NCBI GenBank assembly: GCA_012295275.1
Contig: CM022667.1
Coordinates: forward strand, 992,001-1,056,000
Reading direction: 5' to 3'
From: Chrysomallon squamiferum
Lineage: Eukaryota; Animalia; Mollusca
DNA: 64,000 bases
The notes beneath the pieces were generated by a model. The model had not been told where the DNA came from, searched no databases, and saw only the letters and a program-made list of their open reading frames with translations. Position numbers and translations under genes: made by a program. This document shows, piece after piece, positions 1 through 13,358 of this stretch. Positions within the stretch are counted from its first letter, which is position 1, and the number at the start of each line of letters is the position of its first letter.

Positions 1-330
1 TATTAAATACTTAGACAGGAGTCTATGGGTAGGCTAATAAAAAAAAAATTGCTGCTAATTAAATTAGCATAGCTTTATAGTGGCAGTGAAAGTAAGTAAT
101 TTATAGCTCCTTTCTATCAGAAAACTAGTTAAAACATGCCTGTCATGTACACAAATTCAGACCTCTTCATAAAGTTGAGTACAAGACAGGTAGCATTAGT
201 GTTTTCCATTTTCAACATTGTGTAAAAAGAGCTGTATCTGATACTTAATGGTGATTAATGTTAATATATACTGAGGTGGGGTTATATATTTATATATTCA
301 GAATATGTTCTTCATTATTATTTACAAGAT

Positions 331-822
331 GTAAATGTTTTAGTTAAATATCACATTTTCCTGTTCCACTTGTTGAAATAGTCTAATGAAACTGAATCAA
401 TTAAACTGTTTTATGGTTTATAATTAATTACTAATGATAATATAATTTATGCATTTGTGTGTGCATTCTAGGATTTTGAACATTCTCTGTCTTATGTACA
501 TCTGATTAGACTCTGCACAGAGACAATGTCTGGAAATGTACTGGCTCAGGAGGACAAAGTTCAGTCACAACCTCACAAACCCTGTCAGATGCTACTGAAG
601 ATGCGACTTGAATGTAAGACACCCATTTGCCTGCACTCTGAAGATGGACGATGTTACTGTTCAACCGTAAAGACAACCTTATGTCAGGCTTTCTGTATGA
701 AATTTCTTCTAGGTTCAGAAAAAACACTGTAGAAGTTTTAATTAAGAATCACATTTTTCAGTATACCATTTGTTTAAATTGTCTACTGATACTGAATCAG
801 TTAAACTGTTTTATGGTTTATA
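331..822 (+). repeat. About 90-bp diverged direct repeat pair (331-422 and 729-822)
   Basis: Shared core actgaatca[a/g]ttaaactgttttatggtttata plus alignable upstream sequence. Confidence 0.85.
472..732 (+). CDS. Candidate terminal coding exon (DFEHSLSYVHLIRLCTETMSGNV...CQAFCMKFLLGSEKTL*), product unknown
   Basis: Acceptor gtgcattctAG|GAT at 471/472 with CTAAT at 431-435. 86 open codons of non-repetitive, GC-richer sequence; the other two frames close immediately. AATAAA signals at about 1422, 1498 and 1570. No recognisable domain, and an internal GTAAGA at 614 could be an alternative donor. Confidence 0.4.
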   Translation, partial: DFEHSLSYVHLIRLCTETMSGNVLAQEDKVQSQPHKPCQMLLKMRLECKTPICLHSEDGRCYCSTVKTTLCQAFCMKFLLGSEKTL

Positions 823-2764
823 GTCACTAGAGAATGTTGAAATCATAATGTCATTTCTCTGACAATATAAATTAAGTATTTGTGTATGTGTGTATGTATG
901 TATGTATGTATGTATGTATGTATGTCTGTATATATGTATGTATGTATCTATGAATGTGTATGTATGTATATATATGTAGTTATGTATATATGTGTGTATG
1001 TGTGTGTGTGTATGTGTGTGTGTTGTGTAAGTTTGTATGTACATTCATACACATGAGCATGCATGTATATACACATATAGATATAAAACTTTCAGATAAT
1101 TAACAGCACAATCACTTGCTAACACCTATTATGTTATTTCTAGCTCTTTAAAAACTCTCAACATGGTAAATAATACATATATTTTGTTTATGAAATTTAA
1201 TCTGAATGGCCACTAAGTCAACTGACAGACATTTCCAGGCTTTACAAGCTTCAGTGATCTATTTGTTGTATGAGACAGTTATTGTTATTTATTTTCCCAA
1301 CACACGAAACTTAAAACCCAACATTTTGTTACAAAAGTTATCTCAAAATGATTTTCATCAGATTTTGCAGCACGAAAATTTTCTTTCATCATGTCAGTAT
1401 AAATTAGATTTTCACTAAATTAATAAAATCACTGAAATTTTTTTATTTTAGAGAGTTTCTTTTTTTTTAAATGAGTGACATGTATCAATTTTATTCTAAT
1501 AAAAATGCTTGTTTTTTTTTTTTTAATTATCTAATTTTGTTACTATTTTTTTTTTATTCCAGTGCTATAAATAAAGCAACATGAATTTGGTTTTGTTAAT
1601 AGTATTCAAGTTTATACAGAGAGAAATATTTTCTTTTAAACTGTATAATCTTGTGTGATTCAGTCAGTATTTGTTTTGGAATGTATTTGTTTGTACGTGT
1701 GTTTTTGTGTGTATGTATGTGACTGTGAGAGTATGTGTATGCGTGTGTGTGAATGTGTGAGAGTGCATGTGTTTATATACGAGTGTATGCATGTATGTGT
1801 GTATGTCTGTCTTTCTGTTTATCCACAAACACACCCAATCATACGAAGAGACATGTATGATGAAATGTCACTGCAGTTCTACATGTATTAAAAGTATTCA
1901 AAGAAAACAAGGCACATTAAACTGATGACAATAGTCTTCCAAACAGCAGCTTGTTGGAACAGGAAAAAAAAATGAAACATTAATTTCTATCCCATACCAT
2001 GTTTATTTTCGTCTCTGAATTACTTATAAATTTTGTTTACCAAAAAGATAAAATAAAATAAAATAAAATAAAATAAAATAAAATAAACAAACAAACAAAC
2101 AATATAAATAAATAAAACTGAGATTTTCCAGATACAGTTTTTAACTTTTTAAGTCTTCTGTTTCTAATCATTATATTATTACAAGACCATACAATTAAGA
2201 TTTTTTTTTTTTTTTTTTTTAAAAAACATTTTAAAAAAAAAATATATTTAAAAAAAATGGGGGAATAAAAAGATAAATGAAATTCTTTAGTCTTAAAACA
2301 ACAAAAGGTGTAAACAGGAAAAAGTGTAGAAGATGAAACAAAAGAAAAAAGGAAAAAAGGAACAAAGAAGAAAGAACAAAGGTCTATAGAAAAGAGAAAA
2401 AAAAAAAATAATAATAAAAAAATAAAAATAATAAAAAAAGGAAAATGATATTATTATTGTTATACCAGCAATAATTATATATGGGTGTTAGACTGTGATC
2501 TAAAAATTAATTTCCTGAAAACACCTTTTAGCAATATAAATATTTTTAAAGCTGTATAGTTCAATATTCATTATAAATTTTCCACTGATTCAGTTCCTTA
2601 CAGTGAAAACATGACTAAAGAAGTAATCCTGACTCCTAGCCATATAACTTCTTTACAGCCATGTTCAATACTCTTTGTATGCTGTCTTCACAGATGATTT
2701 TCCATGAGAAATATTATTTACATTACTGTAGTAAGAGGACTGCCACACAGGAATCCAGTCACAT

Positions 2765-2803
<39 letters not shown>

Positions 2804-2868
2804 AATTGAAATAAAGTAAAATTTTAACATTAATTCTTTGATTTAATCCTCCAAAATATAAATATAAA

Positions 2869-2903
<35 letters not shown>

Positions 2904-3004
2904 ATATCAGCTGAATACCAGGAATGAAAGATTCAGATCTTTATCCACACAAAACAGTTTCTTTAATAAGTAACCAAAAAAGAGAAAAACCAAGCTGAAA
3001 ATAC

Positions 3005-3038
<34 letters not shown>

Positions 3039-3301
3039 GGTATTTATATTAACTCCTAGACTAAACAGAAGACAAAGTGTGGGTGATACAAAGACAACAA
3101 GAGATCTATCACATTTAGACTTCATTTCCTCTCATAGTCTGTTTCAAAATAACTGAGAAGAAAGACTGGAAGAAACAGAAGAAAAGTTTTTTTTAAAAAC
3201 TAACACATATGATGGATTTTTCTGAAAACACAAGAATACTGCAACATGCTGAATACCATTTAGAAATAAATCTGAAAGAAAGACACAAATATACAAATGT
3301 A

Positions 3302-3339
<38 letters not shown>

Positions 3340-3401
3340 AACACTCATCTATATACAAAATATATTTATAATATTAAGCCTAATCCTCAACTAAACCATA
3401 T

Positions 3402-3500
<99 letters not shown>

Positions 3501-3688
3501 TACAACAACAAAAACTTAGTCTCAACTCACACAAAATTAATTTCACAACCAACAACAAAAGGAAAAAAAAAATACTTCAAGCTTTCAAACAAAACAACAA
3601 AAAAAAAAAAAAAAAAAAAAATTGGTGGGTGACATCAAGAGGCCTGCCACACCTGGAAACCATTCACCACATTTCTTAAAATAATTGC

Positions 3689-3721
<33 letters not shown>

Positions 3722-4989
3722 AAAAATATTACATATAGAAGAAAGAAAAGAGAAAACAGAGAAGAAGTTCACTTGTGTGACTTCATTTGAATAGAGAAAA
3801 TGTGAAGAGAGGACATTAGGAGCACAAACTGATGTATCCAGACACACGAGAGGGCTGTAAATCGGCACTGAAGTGTTATGGCAACTGAACAAATGAGCTG
3901 TCTGTCTCCAGACCACTGGTTCCCTCAAACATCTGCTGCAATTCCTTAACATGAAAAGCACGGCTAGAATAATTTGATTGCTTTCCACCACTACATGTTT
4001 TCTGGCAGTTGATGTAATGAACTGTACATGTTTGTTTTTTTTTTTTTTTTTTTTTTCCTCCTTCTTCTTCAGTGCAAAATGACATAAGTAGTAATTATTA
4101 AAAAGATAAAGAAATAGTAATTCTGAAAGTATTATTTCTGCTACTGCTACTAGTAGTACTGATGTCATTACACTAATAATATTACTACTTTTACTACTAT
4201 TACTACTATTATTATTTTTCTTCTTTTAATAACACAAATTTAAAAAATCTGTAACATTTATAAAAAATAAAGAAAATTATAACAATTTAATTGAAATGGC
4301 AAAAGAATTTTTTTTTTTCATTCCTTTCTTTCTGGTGTTTTTCTCATGTTTTTTTTTTCCTGTCTTTCAATTTTGAAGAAAAAAAAAAATTAAAATTATA
4401 AAATGCCTTTAGACATTAAGTCAAGATTATTTTCTTGATCTTGATCACGAACAACTAAAAGAATAATAATTTCTTCCAGTATTTTATTTTAGTACACATC
4501 TGAGGCACAATATGTCAAGGGGTCAATCTTTATCAATGCATCTATTGCATTATTTCAAATTCCAAACCATGCTCCAGAACTTATTTTTCAAACAAAAGTA
4601 AGGTATATATAAAACATATCAAACAGCCTATATATAAGAAAGCAGCAAATTTTCTTTTTTATAACATTGTCATTATTAATTGATTCTCACCTAAAATGCA
4701 TTAATAATATGGTATGTGTTGCTGTGCTGTTAAATAAACTGTTGTTAGGTAACAATAATATGATTAAATACATAATATAACCACATACTACTACTGTTAC
4801 TTACTATAACTATTACAACTGCTAGTACTATGGCTGCAATCACTGCTGTTGCTATCACCAGTATTACTATTACTATAAGTTCTCTTACTAACACCACTAA
4901 TAGTATCATTACAACTACTAACTACTACTACTACTACTACTACTACTATTACTATAACTATTACTTCTTCTTCTTTTAGAAATCATTTA

Positions 4990-5116
4990 TATATCTATAT
5001 AAATATAAATATACATACACACACATATACACACACACATATATATGTACATATGTGTGTATTTGTGTGTGTCTCTCTCTCTAAATGTGTATGTGTATAT
5101 ATACATATATATATAT

Positions 5117-5157
<41 letters not shown>

Positions 5158-5176
5158 CATACACATATATATGTAC

Positions 5177-5209
<33 letters not shown>

Positions 5210-5220
5210 TATTTTATATA

Positions 5221-5272
<52 letters not shown>

Positions 5273-5285
5273 TACATACATATAC

Positions 5286-5330
<45 letters not shown>

Positions 5331-5333
5331 TAT
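4990..5333. repeat. Compound (TA)n/(CA)n microsatellite
   Basis: Direct reading. Confidence 0.95.
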
Positions 5334-5633
5334 GACCTTTTACCATAACAACCCTATCTGAGTCATAGAGAGAACACATCCCGATTACGAAACAATTTAC
5401 ATTGTAGGTTAACCAGATAAAAGATCTACAGCAACAATTGGTAATTAAATAAATCGTTAAAATTAGTAAATACATTAGTTTTGATGTAGCATATGTAATT
5501 GCAGTTCCGAGACAGGAGGCTTAATGGTTATGGTAATTTTCTCCTTTTGTAAATTTTTATCTTTCTCGATTGGATCAGATATGAATCACCCATTTACCAT
5601 AATGTTCCTTTCATTTCATTTGCAAAATTCTGG

Positions 5634-5670
<37 letters not shown>

Positions 5671-6054
5671 TTTTATTCTATTCTCAACCAGTTCATTGTG
5701 CCGTTAAGTAATCACACACAAACGTTCGGTTAGGTAATTTTGGTGACATCTTTGTGAAAGCACTTTCTCTCTGAATGTGTTAAATATGGCAAACAAACAC
5801 GACTGATGTTTAGAAAAATTTCAAAAACTATTTGCTTACTCGTATCTTCTGTAAAGAGTGTTTATTATAGATTTATTTATTAATAACAAGACAACACGTG
5901 CCACTGTGTTATGTTAATATATGTATATGGCAGGGTTCATTTCCATTTTATATGCTCGATCTGAAATAAGCCATTACCATTTGAATTTATCCTTCACCTT
6001 ACAAAAAGTAAACATAAATCTGATACAACAGCCCAACATAAAGCATAAAACACA

Positions 6055-6548
6055 AACAATTTGATGAATCTAACATAAACCAATCAAACGTGAGCAAACA
6101 ATATAAGATAAAAAAGAAAGAAAAAGAACTTGATTCCTAACATAAAACAATTTGATCCAGCAACCTAACATAAAACAATTTGATCCAACAACCTAACATA
6201 AAACAATTTGATCCAGCAACCTAACATAAAACAATTCGATCCAACAAACTAACATAAAACAAGAAATCCAGCAACCCAACATGAATTTAAAAAAAAAAAA
6301 GCTGGAACTGATCCAACAACCTAACATATAACAAAATAATTTGATCCAAAACACCTAACAACAAAGCAACCTAACATAAAATAATTTGATCCAACAACCT
6401 AACATAAAATAATTTAATCCAGCAACCCAACATAAACATTTTTTTTTTAAAAAGCTGGAACTGATCCATCAACCTAACATAAAACAAAATAATTTGATCC
6501 ATCAACCTAACATAAAACAAAATAATTTGATCCAAAACACCTAACGAC
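6055..6548 (+). repeat. About 27-bp minisatellite (aacataaaacaatttgatccagcaacct) with a higher-order duplication
   Basis: More than 10 recognisable copies. The block including aaaagctggaactgatcc occurs twice (about 6270-6360 and 6420-6545). Confidence 0.9.
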
Positions 6549-7197
6549 AAAGCAGAACAGGAACCGAACCGACAACTGAACGCACCTCGGGCATGAAAGT
6601 CTGAGGACTTCGACAACAGAGTCAATCCCGTAATCCCGTAATCCCAAAATTACCCCCAAGGGGAGGAGAAGCTAAAATAGCTGTTAAATTAAGCATGCAG
6701 AGCGAACAGCTATATTGCTTGCATTTCACAGTTTATCTTGCACAAGCAGCTTAACTCTTCTAGGTGCTCGAAGCCCTGCACCTCCATGTGTCACGCAGAC
6801 TTCTCATCTGCTCATGTCCAGGCTCAGAAGAACTCAAGCATCGCAAATCACTCGACTCAAAAAGGAAAATCTCTTTGCAGTGACTGTCACCTGCTTTGAG
6901 GTGATGGTCCTTAGTGTTTGTGGCCGCACCTCAAGAATAAGTTAATGGTCAGATGAACATGGATCAATTTTTTGTTGTTTTTCTTTTTATGGAGATGTTC
7001 GTTAAGTCAACATGAGTACATACCTGCATGCACACATGCTCACACACACACACACACATGCACACACGCACCACACACACACATGCACACATGCACATAC
7101 GCACCACACACACACCTAATTAATAAACAAAAATAAATAAAATAAAATAAAAAGGATTTCTTTTTTCATATAAAACTGTATAATGAAATACATATAT

Positions 7198-7232
7198 AGT
7201 AATAATAATAAAAATAATAATAATAATATTAT

Positions 7233-7305
<73 letters not shown>

Positions 7306-7330
7306 GTTATTATTATTGTTATTATTATTT
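7198..7330. repeat. (AAT)n/(ATT)n microsatellite
   Basis: Direct reading. Confidence 0.95.
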
Positions 7331-7591
7331 TGCTACAAAATAGTTTCATTCATTCATTAAAAAAAACTACCTAGAAAACAAAGGGATAAGAAATTCATTG
7401 CATATTAAATATTAAAATATTAACTATTATTTGTAGTAGATAATTAGTATGGACACAGATCAGAAGAGGACAATACAATACCATCATAATTCTTTGAAAA
7501 AAAAATTGTACCTTACAACAGACTGATTAGTTTAATATTAATATATATTTATTTATGCTTTAATTATTACTGGAAAAAAAAAATACCACAT

Positions 7592-7650
<59 letters not shown>

Positions 7651-8001
7651 GCACATCATACACATATTATTAATTCATTAATTATACACCTGTATAATTT
7701 ACCTATTTAATTTACACGTACATTTATGTTATTTATTTATTATCTATGCTTGTGTTGTTGTTTGTGTAATGGCTTATTTATCTATTTCTGTTTGTTTTGA
7801 TGTTTCCCCTGCAGTAGCTGAAACACAGACAATTAATGCATTAGTGATTACCATTGTTGAAAGTTCCATGTAATGTTTCATGTAATGCTTGGTTAGTTAC
7901 ATAACTCATACAGAAACACATGTAATACGGTGGTTATCTCACAGCATTATGCAACTATCCATTAAATCATGTTGGGTCTGTTTGAGTTGTGTGTTGGCAT
8001 A

Positions 8002-8034
<33 letters not shown>

Positions 8035-8539
8035 ATGTGTATATGTGTGTGTGTGTTTGGGTGTGTGAACATGTGTATGCATGTATGTACATATATATGT
8101 GTGTGTATGTATATAATCTATAAATTAAAATTAATATGGATACAGAGAATCAATATTTCTTTTTTTACATTTTAAACAAAATTATTACTACTTTTTACTG
8201 AAGCTGTAAACTTTTTAGAAATTAAATATTTTTTTGTTTATATTAAATTGTAATAAAATTGCTATGAGCATTGTTAATGACCTGTATTAAATTAAATCTT
8301 AAAATATAATATAAAGTAAAAAAATATATAAATTTTAATAATTAGAATTAAATATGAGTACTTAAATAAAACACCCATTTCCATTTTATTATCATGTAGC
8401 ATTAATGTTTTTAAAAAAAAAAAGTATATATAAAAAAACAGATTTGAATATCATATTAATGGCAAATTAAAACCTCATCACAGCAGATTTTCAGTTTTCA
8501 TTATCCATAATAAGATTAAAAAAACCCAGAAATTTCTAC

Positions 8540-9848
8540 ATTATAACCTGTCTGATGACTGTCATCAATGAGTCACTAGATGTGTCATGCACTAGGAATT
8601 AAAACAATTAACTAATAACCTGGTGTAAGATATCGCACGTAACATAACATCGCACACAGAAACGACACGCATTTCACATATTATTTCCATATTTCAAATC
8701 TGAGTATGCAATATGACACCAATGTTCAATAAATTACAAAAATTTTCCCACCTGCTGCACCTAATAGGCCATTATAGATATTAAAAAAAAAAAAAAAAAA
8801 TCTGAAAATTTCAATCCAATACCTTTTGTTCTTCCACTTCTGGTAAACAGACTATACAGATTGCATTATTAATAATAAATGAGGAGGATAAACTTATTTA
8901 TTGGATTAGAGGTATTTTTAGCAGAGCTAAACAATGCAGACGGTTGAATGAAGTATAAAGTGTATTTTGTTCAGACATCGAAAGTCAATCAAGTCTACAG
9001 GTAGCGAAGGGACAAAGGGAAAGATTCGGTTAGGACACTTACACAGAAAACAAGGTTTAGCTCAGAGATACCAGCACAGCATGGGCCTAATATATCATAT
9101 AAATAAACATCTTTGGTTCTTTTTTTTAGGCTATTTATTTCAGTTTGTAAGTAAATGTATGTTTAAAATAAAAACCCAACGATATCAAGTGTTTACTTTT
9201 TTTTTTTTAAAGTATATGCACCAAAGATATTTTCCAATTTACTGTATCTATCATTTTGAATACCAGGGATGCTATAATTATTTTTTTTTTTTTTTAATTA
9301 CCCATGTCAGCTCCTGGATTAATTATATGAAAATTTAAAATTGATTAAGCAATTATTTATATTTAATAAAATACAAAATTTTGTTTTATCTTTGTGTCTG
9401 ATGTGTCACTTGTTATAACAAAATTAACATACAATATTTTATTTATTTATGTATTATTGTTTTTACTGTATTTTATTTAAAATAAAATATTCAAATTGAA
9501 CTGATAAAAAGTATTATTGTTATATTTTTTAAATGAAATAATAATGATGATGATGAAAATATCAATAAAAATATTAATAATAAAAATATTATTATTATTA
9601 TTATTATCATCATCATCATTATCATTATGAACCTCATCAGTAAATCATCATCATCATCATTATTGTTATTATTATTAACATCATCATTATCATCATCATT
9701 ATCAACCTTGTCATTACAGTCCTCATCTTTATTTCATTATGACATATATAACAGTATCCTACACCAAGTTATTAGTTAACTGTTTTAATTGCTGATCTAT
9801 GACACATCCAGGTGACTCACTGGTAACAGTCATCAGAAAGGTTATAAT
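8540..9848. repeat. About 93-bp inverted repeat pair (8540-8632 / 9755-9848)
   Basis: attataacctgtctgatgactgtcatcaatgagtcactagatgtgtcat...aattaaaacaattaactaataacctggtgtaagata aligns with the reverse complement of 9755-9848 (attataacctttctgatgactgttaccagtgagtcacctggatgtgtcat...aattaaaacagttaactaataacttggtgtaggata). Confidence 0.9.
9043..9086 (-). other. Possible 44-nt internal exon (GPCCAGISELNLVFC if joined to the 12928 donor)
   Basis: ttAG|GC at 9087/9086 and TGT|GTAAGT at 9043/9042. Phase-compatible with the upstream phase-1 donor, but the polypyrimidine tract is weak. Confidence 0.2.
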
Positions 9849-9982
9849 TATTTATTTTATTATGTTTTAAATATTTTTTTTTTTGGTTGATATCCTTCAC
9901 TGATTTTAGACAATGAATACACATTTATAAAAATAACAATAATGAAATGACACAAAACACATACAAAAAATTATAAATCACA

Positions 9983-10036
<54 letters not shown>

Positions 10037-10372
10037 AATAATCCTAAAGAAAATGAAGTCAGTTATAAAATGACAGATATTTTATCACACAATAAACTAA
10101 ACAGACAAATAAACAATTATGGAAAGAGATCAAAAGAAAGGGATAAGTGGTGTAATTTTCCTATTTCAGATATACATGAATTGTCACTAACACAGAAAAT
10201 TAGCATAGCTGCTTTTTTCAAATATCGGATGACACAAACACCAGGCTTTATCATCCATTCAGTACTTGCATGTCATTAAGAAATTTGTCTTACTCACTGG
10301 AGAAGAAAATTGGATCATTATATCTGAATTAACTCTTATGTCTCTTTTAGTTTGTTGAATACCTGATATGTG

Positions 10373-10411
<39 letters not shown>

Positions 10412-10629
10412 TGACACTCCCAGACACAAAAATAAATATAGAGGGTGTACACGAAATATACTGCTACTCCTATTACTACTACTACCACTACTACTCTGAA
10501 TGAGAAATGATCTTAACATACAATTAAAACTACATGTCATTTATATTTAGACATGTAACTATATCATAAATATTAAACATAAAAAAATGCACATAAATAA
10601 TTACACCCCATAAATGCAAAGTATATATA

Positions 10630-11237
<608 letters not shown>

Positions 11238-11490
11238 TATGACTAACAAAGCTGATTTGTGAGTACAATGCAAAGGAAGCACATTTTCTCCCAGCAGTAG
11301 CCGCTGATTTTAGGGAAGCTTAGAATGTCACTGAATATTCCTGCTAATGATGCTAAGTGACCATCAGATGACCAGTGTAATGGTCAGACAGGCTCACAGC
11401 ATGGCTACTGGGAAACAGCTATGTCTGATAACTTAAAGAGACCGGTGCACAATTCTGACCGGCCAGAAAGTAGTTTGTCACTAATAGGTG

Positions 11491-11750
11491 CCTTTATACA
11501 TAGTTAGTTTATTTGTTTAAACAAGGTACACACAGAATCACACATACACACAGAGAAAAAAAAACCTACATACAGATACACACACAAAAATGTACTCACA
11601 CAACCACACACTAATATGTACCTTTATACATAGTAAGTTTATTTGTTTAAACAAGGTACACACAGAATCACACATACACACAGAGAAAAAAAACCTACAT
11701 ACAGATACATACACAAAAACATACTCACACAAACACAGACTAACACACAG
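11491..11750 (+). repeat. Tandem duplication, 130-bp unit x2
   Basis: cctttatacatagt... starts at 11491 and 11621, and the copies are near-identical. Confidence 0.92.
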
Positions 11751-11859
11751 ACACATGTATCGTCATTGCCATTATCAAAAATACACACACACATATACAC
11801 ACACACACACACAATCAATAAAAAACAAAAAAACTATAGATCTATATGTCAAAAATACA

Positions 11860-11893
<34 letters not shown>

Positions 11894-12081
11894 TACACAC
11901 ACACACACATTATCAATAAAAAAACAAACTATAGATCTATATACTAATGAACAAATAAATATACACATACATATGTACAGACACTTGAATACCCCATTTA
12001 TTCATCTATTCATTATTTGTATGTTATTTCTTGTTATTTGAATTAAATGTTTTTTATTGGTTTTATATATATAAAGTGTGA

Positions 12082-12145
<64 letters not shown>

Positions 12146-12927
12146 TAAAATTTTGTAAAAGAATTAAAGATACATATTTATTTAAAATTAATCATGTAAA
12201 AACAAATTAACTGTTATATACAAATTATTTCCAATCCTGTTATTCCACTTTTTTTTTTTTTGTTCTAAATAATGTTGGGTTTTTCTTTGTTTAATTTGTT
12301 TTGTAAATTATTATTTACTTTATAAACTTAATACACTAGCCTTTGAAAAATTATTATTTACTTTATAAACTTAAAGTATAAATAAAAAACTTAATTATGA
12401 GCATGTCATAAATTTTTAAAAATTGTTTGCTAGAAGCATTCTAAAACACCCACATACATACATTCCACTGAAACACACCTTCTTGCATGTGAGCGCACAT
12501 ATTCACACTGCCAACAAAACACACATACTTACATATCACACTCACTGACACAAACACAAATACAAATATCACACATTAACTTACATTATTCATGTATTTA
12601 CTAACTTATAAATATATGCATATAATATTCATATAATTGTACAACATTATGCCTAAACCATCATTATTCACAGAAAAGCTATTATCTAAGTTTACCAAAT
12701 TAACTCTTTATATTTTTTCTTTTTTAAAAAATTCTTTTACTTAAAGTTAAAATGAGAAAAGAAAAGAACTTCTCTAATTTAACACAACAAAATACAATTT
12801 CTAATAAAACATAAAATTAATCTAAAACTTCCAACAAACAAATAATATAAAACAAAAACAAAACAAACAAAGACATCACCAAAACAAAAACAAAAACAAA
12901 CAAAAATAGATATAAAAGAGTTCTTAC

Positions 12928-13012
12928 CTCCACCTGTCTGAGGCAAAAGAAATAAAAACTGGAAAAGTCCAAACAGCATCGCTCCATTCAAACATCTTCC
13001 GGCCTCAGTCAT
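12928..13012 (-). CDS. First coding segment of an unidentified secreted/membrane protein gene (signal-peptide-like: MTEAGRCLNGAMLFGLFQFLFLLPQTGG + 1 nt, phase-1 intron)
   Basis: ATG at 13012, with a second in-frame ATG at 12979. Hydrophobic core LFGLFQFLFLL followed by small/helix-breaking residues PQTGG. Canonical donor GAG|GTAAGA at 12928/12927. 85 nt = 28 codons + 1, and a phase-1 intron after the signal peptide is typical of metazoan extracellular proteins. Confidence 0.65.
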
Positions 13013-13073
13013 AGTTAAAAAACGTATTCCACTCCACACGGTGCAGTAACTGTGTGATCCAACAGCCGTTCAT
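13005..13073 (-). other. uORF2, 22 aa (MNGCWITQLLHRVEWNTFFNYD*), out of frame and overlapping the 13012 ATG
   Basis: Manual translation from ATG at 13073; the stop TGA at 13007-13005 lies just inside the main ORF. Confidence 0.5.
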
Positions 13074-13241
13074 TATGGTAGCAACGTATGATATAAAAAA
13101 AAAAATAACACACACACAATAGAAAAACTACAACAGTACAGTAAAAAAAAAATCCCCCACTGCTTAACACAACAACCAGTGGCTAAGACCAAGCGACACT
13201 CTCACTCGAATCCAATATCACAGCAGAAAGGCTTGATCTAA

Positions 13242-13358
13242 TCAAGATACAGTCTCCGCAACAGCCTTTTTGTCGATACAAATCCGTAGTCGCGCACCGC
13301 CCGTCCCTCGATCACTTGTAGTCATCGTTGTCATCGTCATCGTCATCATCATCATCAT
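13242..13358 (-). other. uORF1, 38 aa (MMMMMTMTMTTMTTSDRGTGGARLRICIDKKAVAETVS*)
   Basis: Manual translation. The (GAT/GAC)n repeat creates 8 in-frame ATGs; TGA at 13244-13242. Confidence 0.5.

Noticed and set aside
107-189. Possible plus-strand exon ending CAG|GTAGCA upstream of the 472 exon
   Set aside because: The donor is weak, and the frame compatible with 472 has a stop just before a short ATG-led segment; support is insufficient.
3635-4168. 177-aa and 69-aa minus-strand ORFs as the next coding exon
   Set aside because: They run through poly-A/T tracts, the acceptor is weak, there is no good donor and no recognisable domain.
12928-13012. Assigning a gene name (e.g. a ligand-gated channel or guidance receptor)
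   Set aside because: A signal peptide with a phase-1 intron is shared by many families, and no mature-domain sequence is visible.
13216-13237. TATCACAGCAG... resembling the miR-2 family 5' end
   Set aside because: Only the seed region matches, and there is no complementary arm to form a precursor hairpin.
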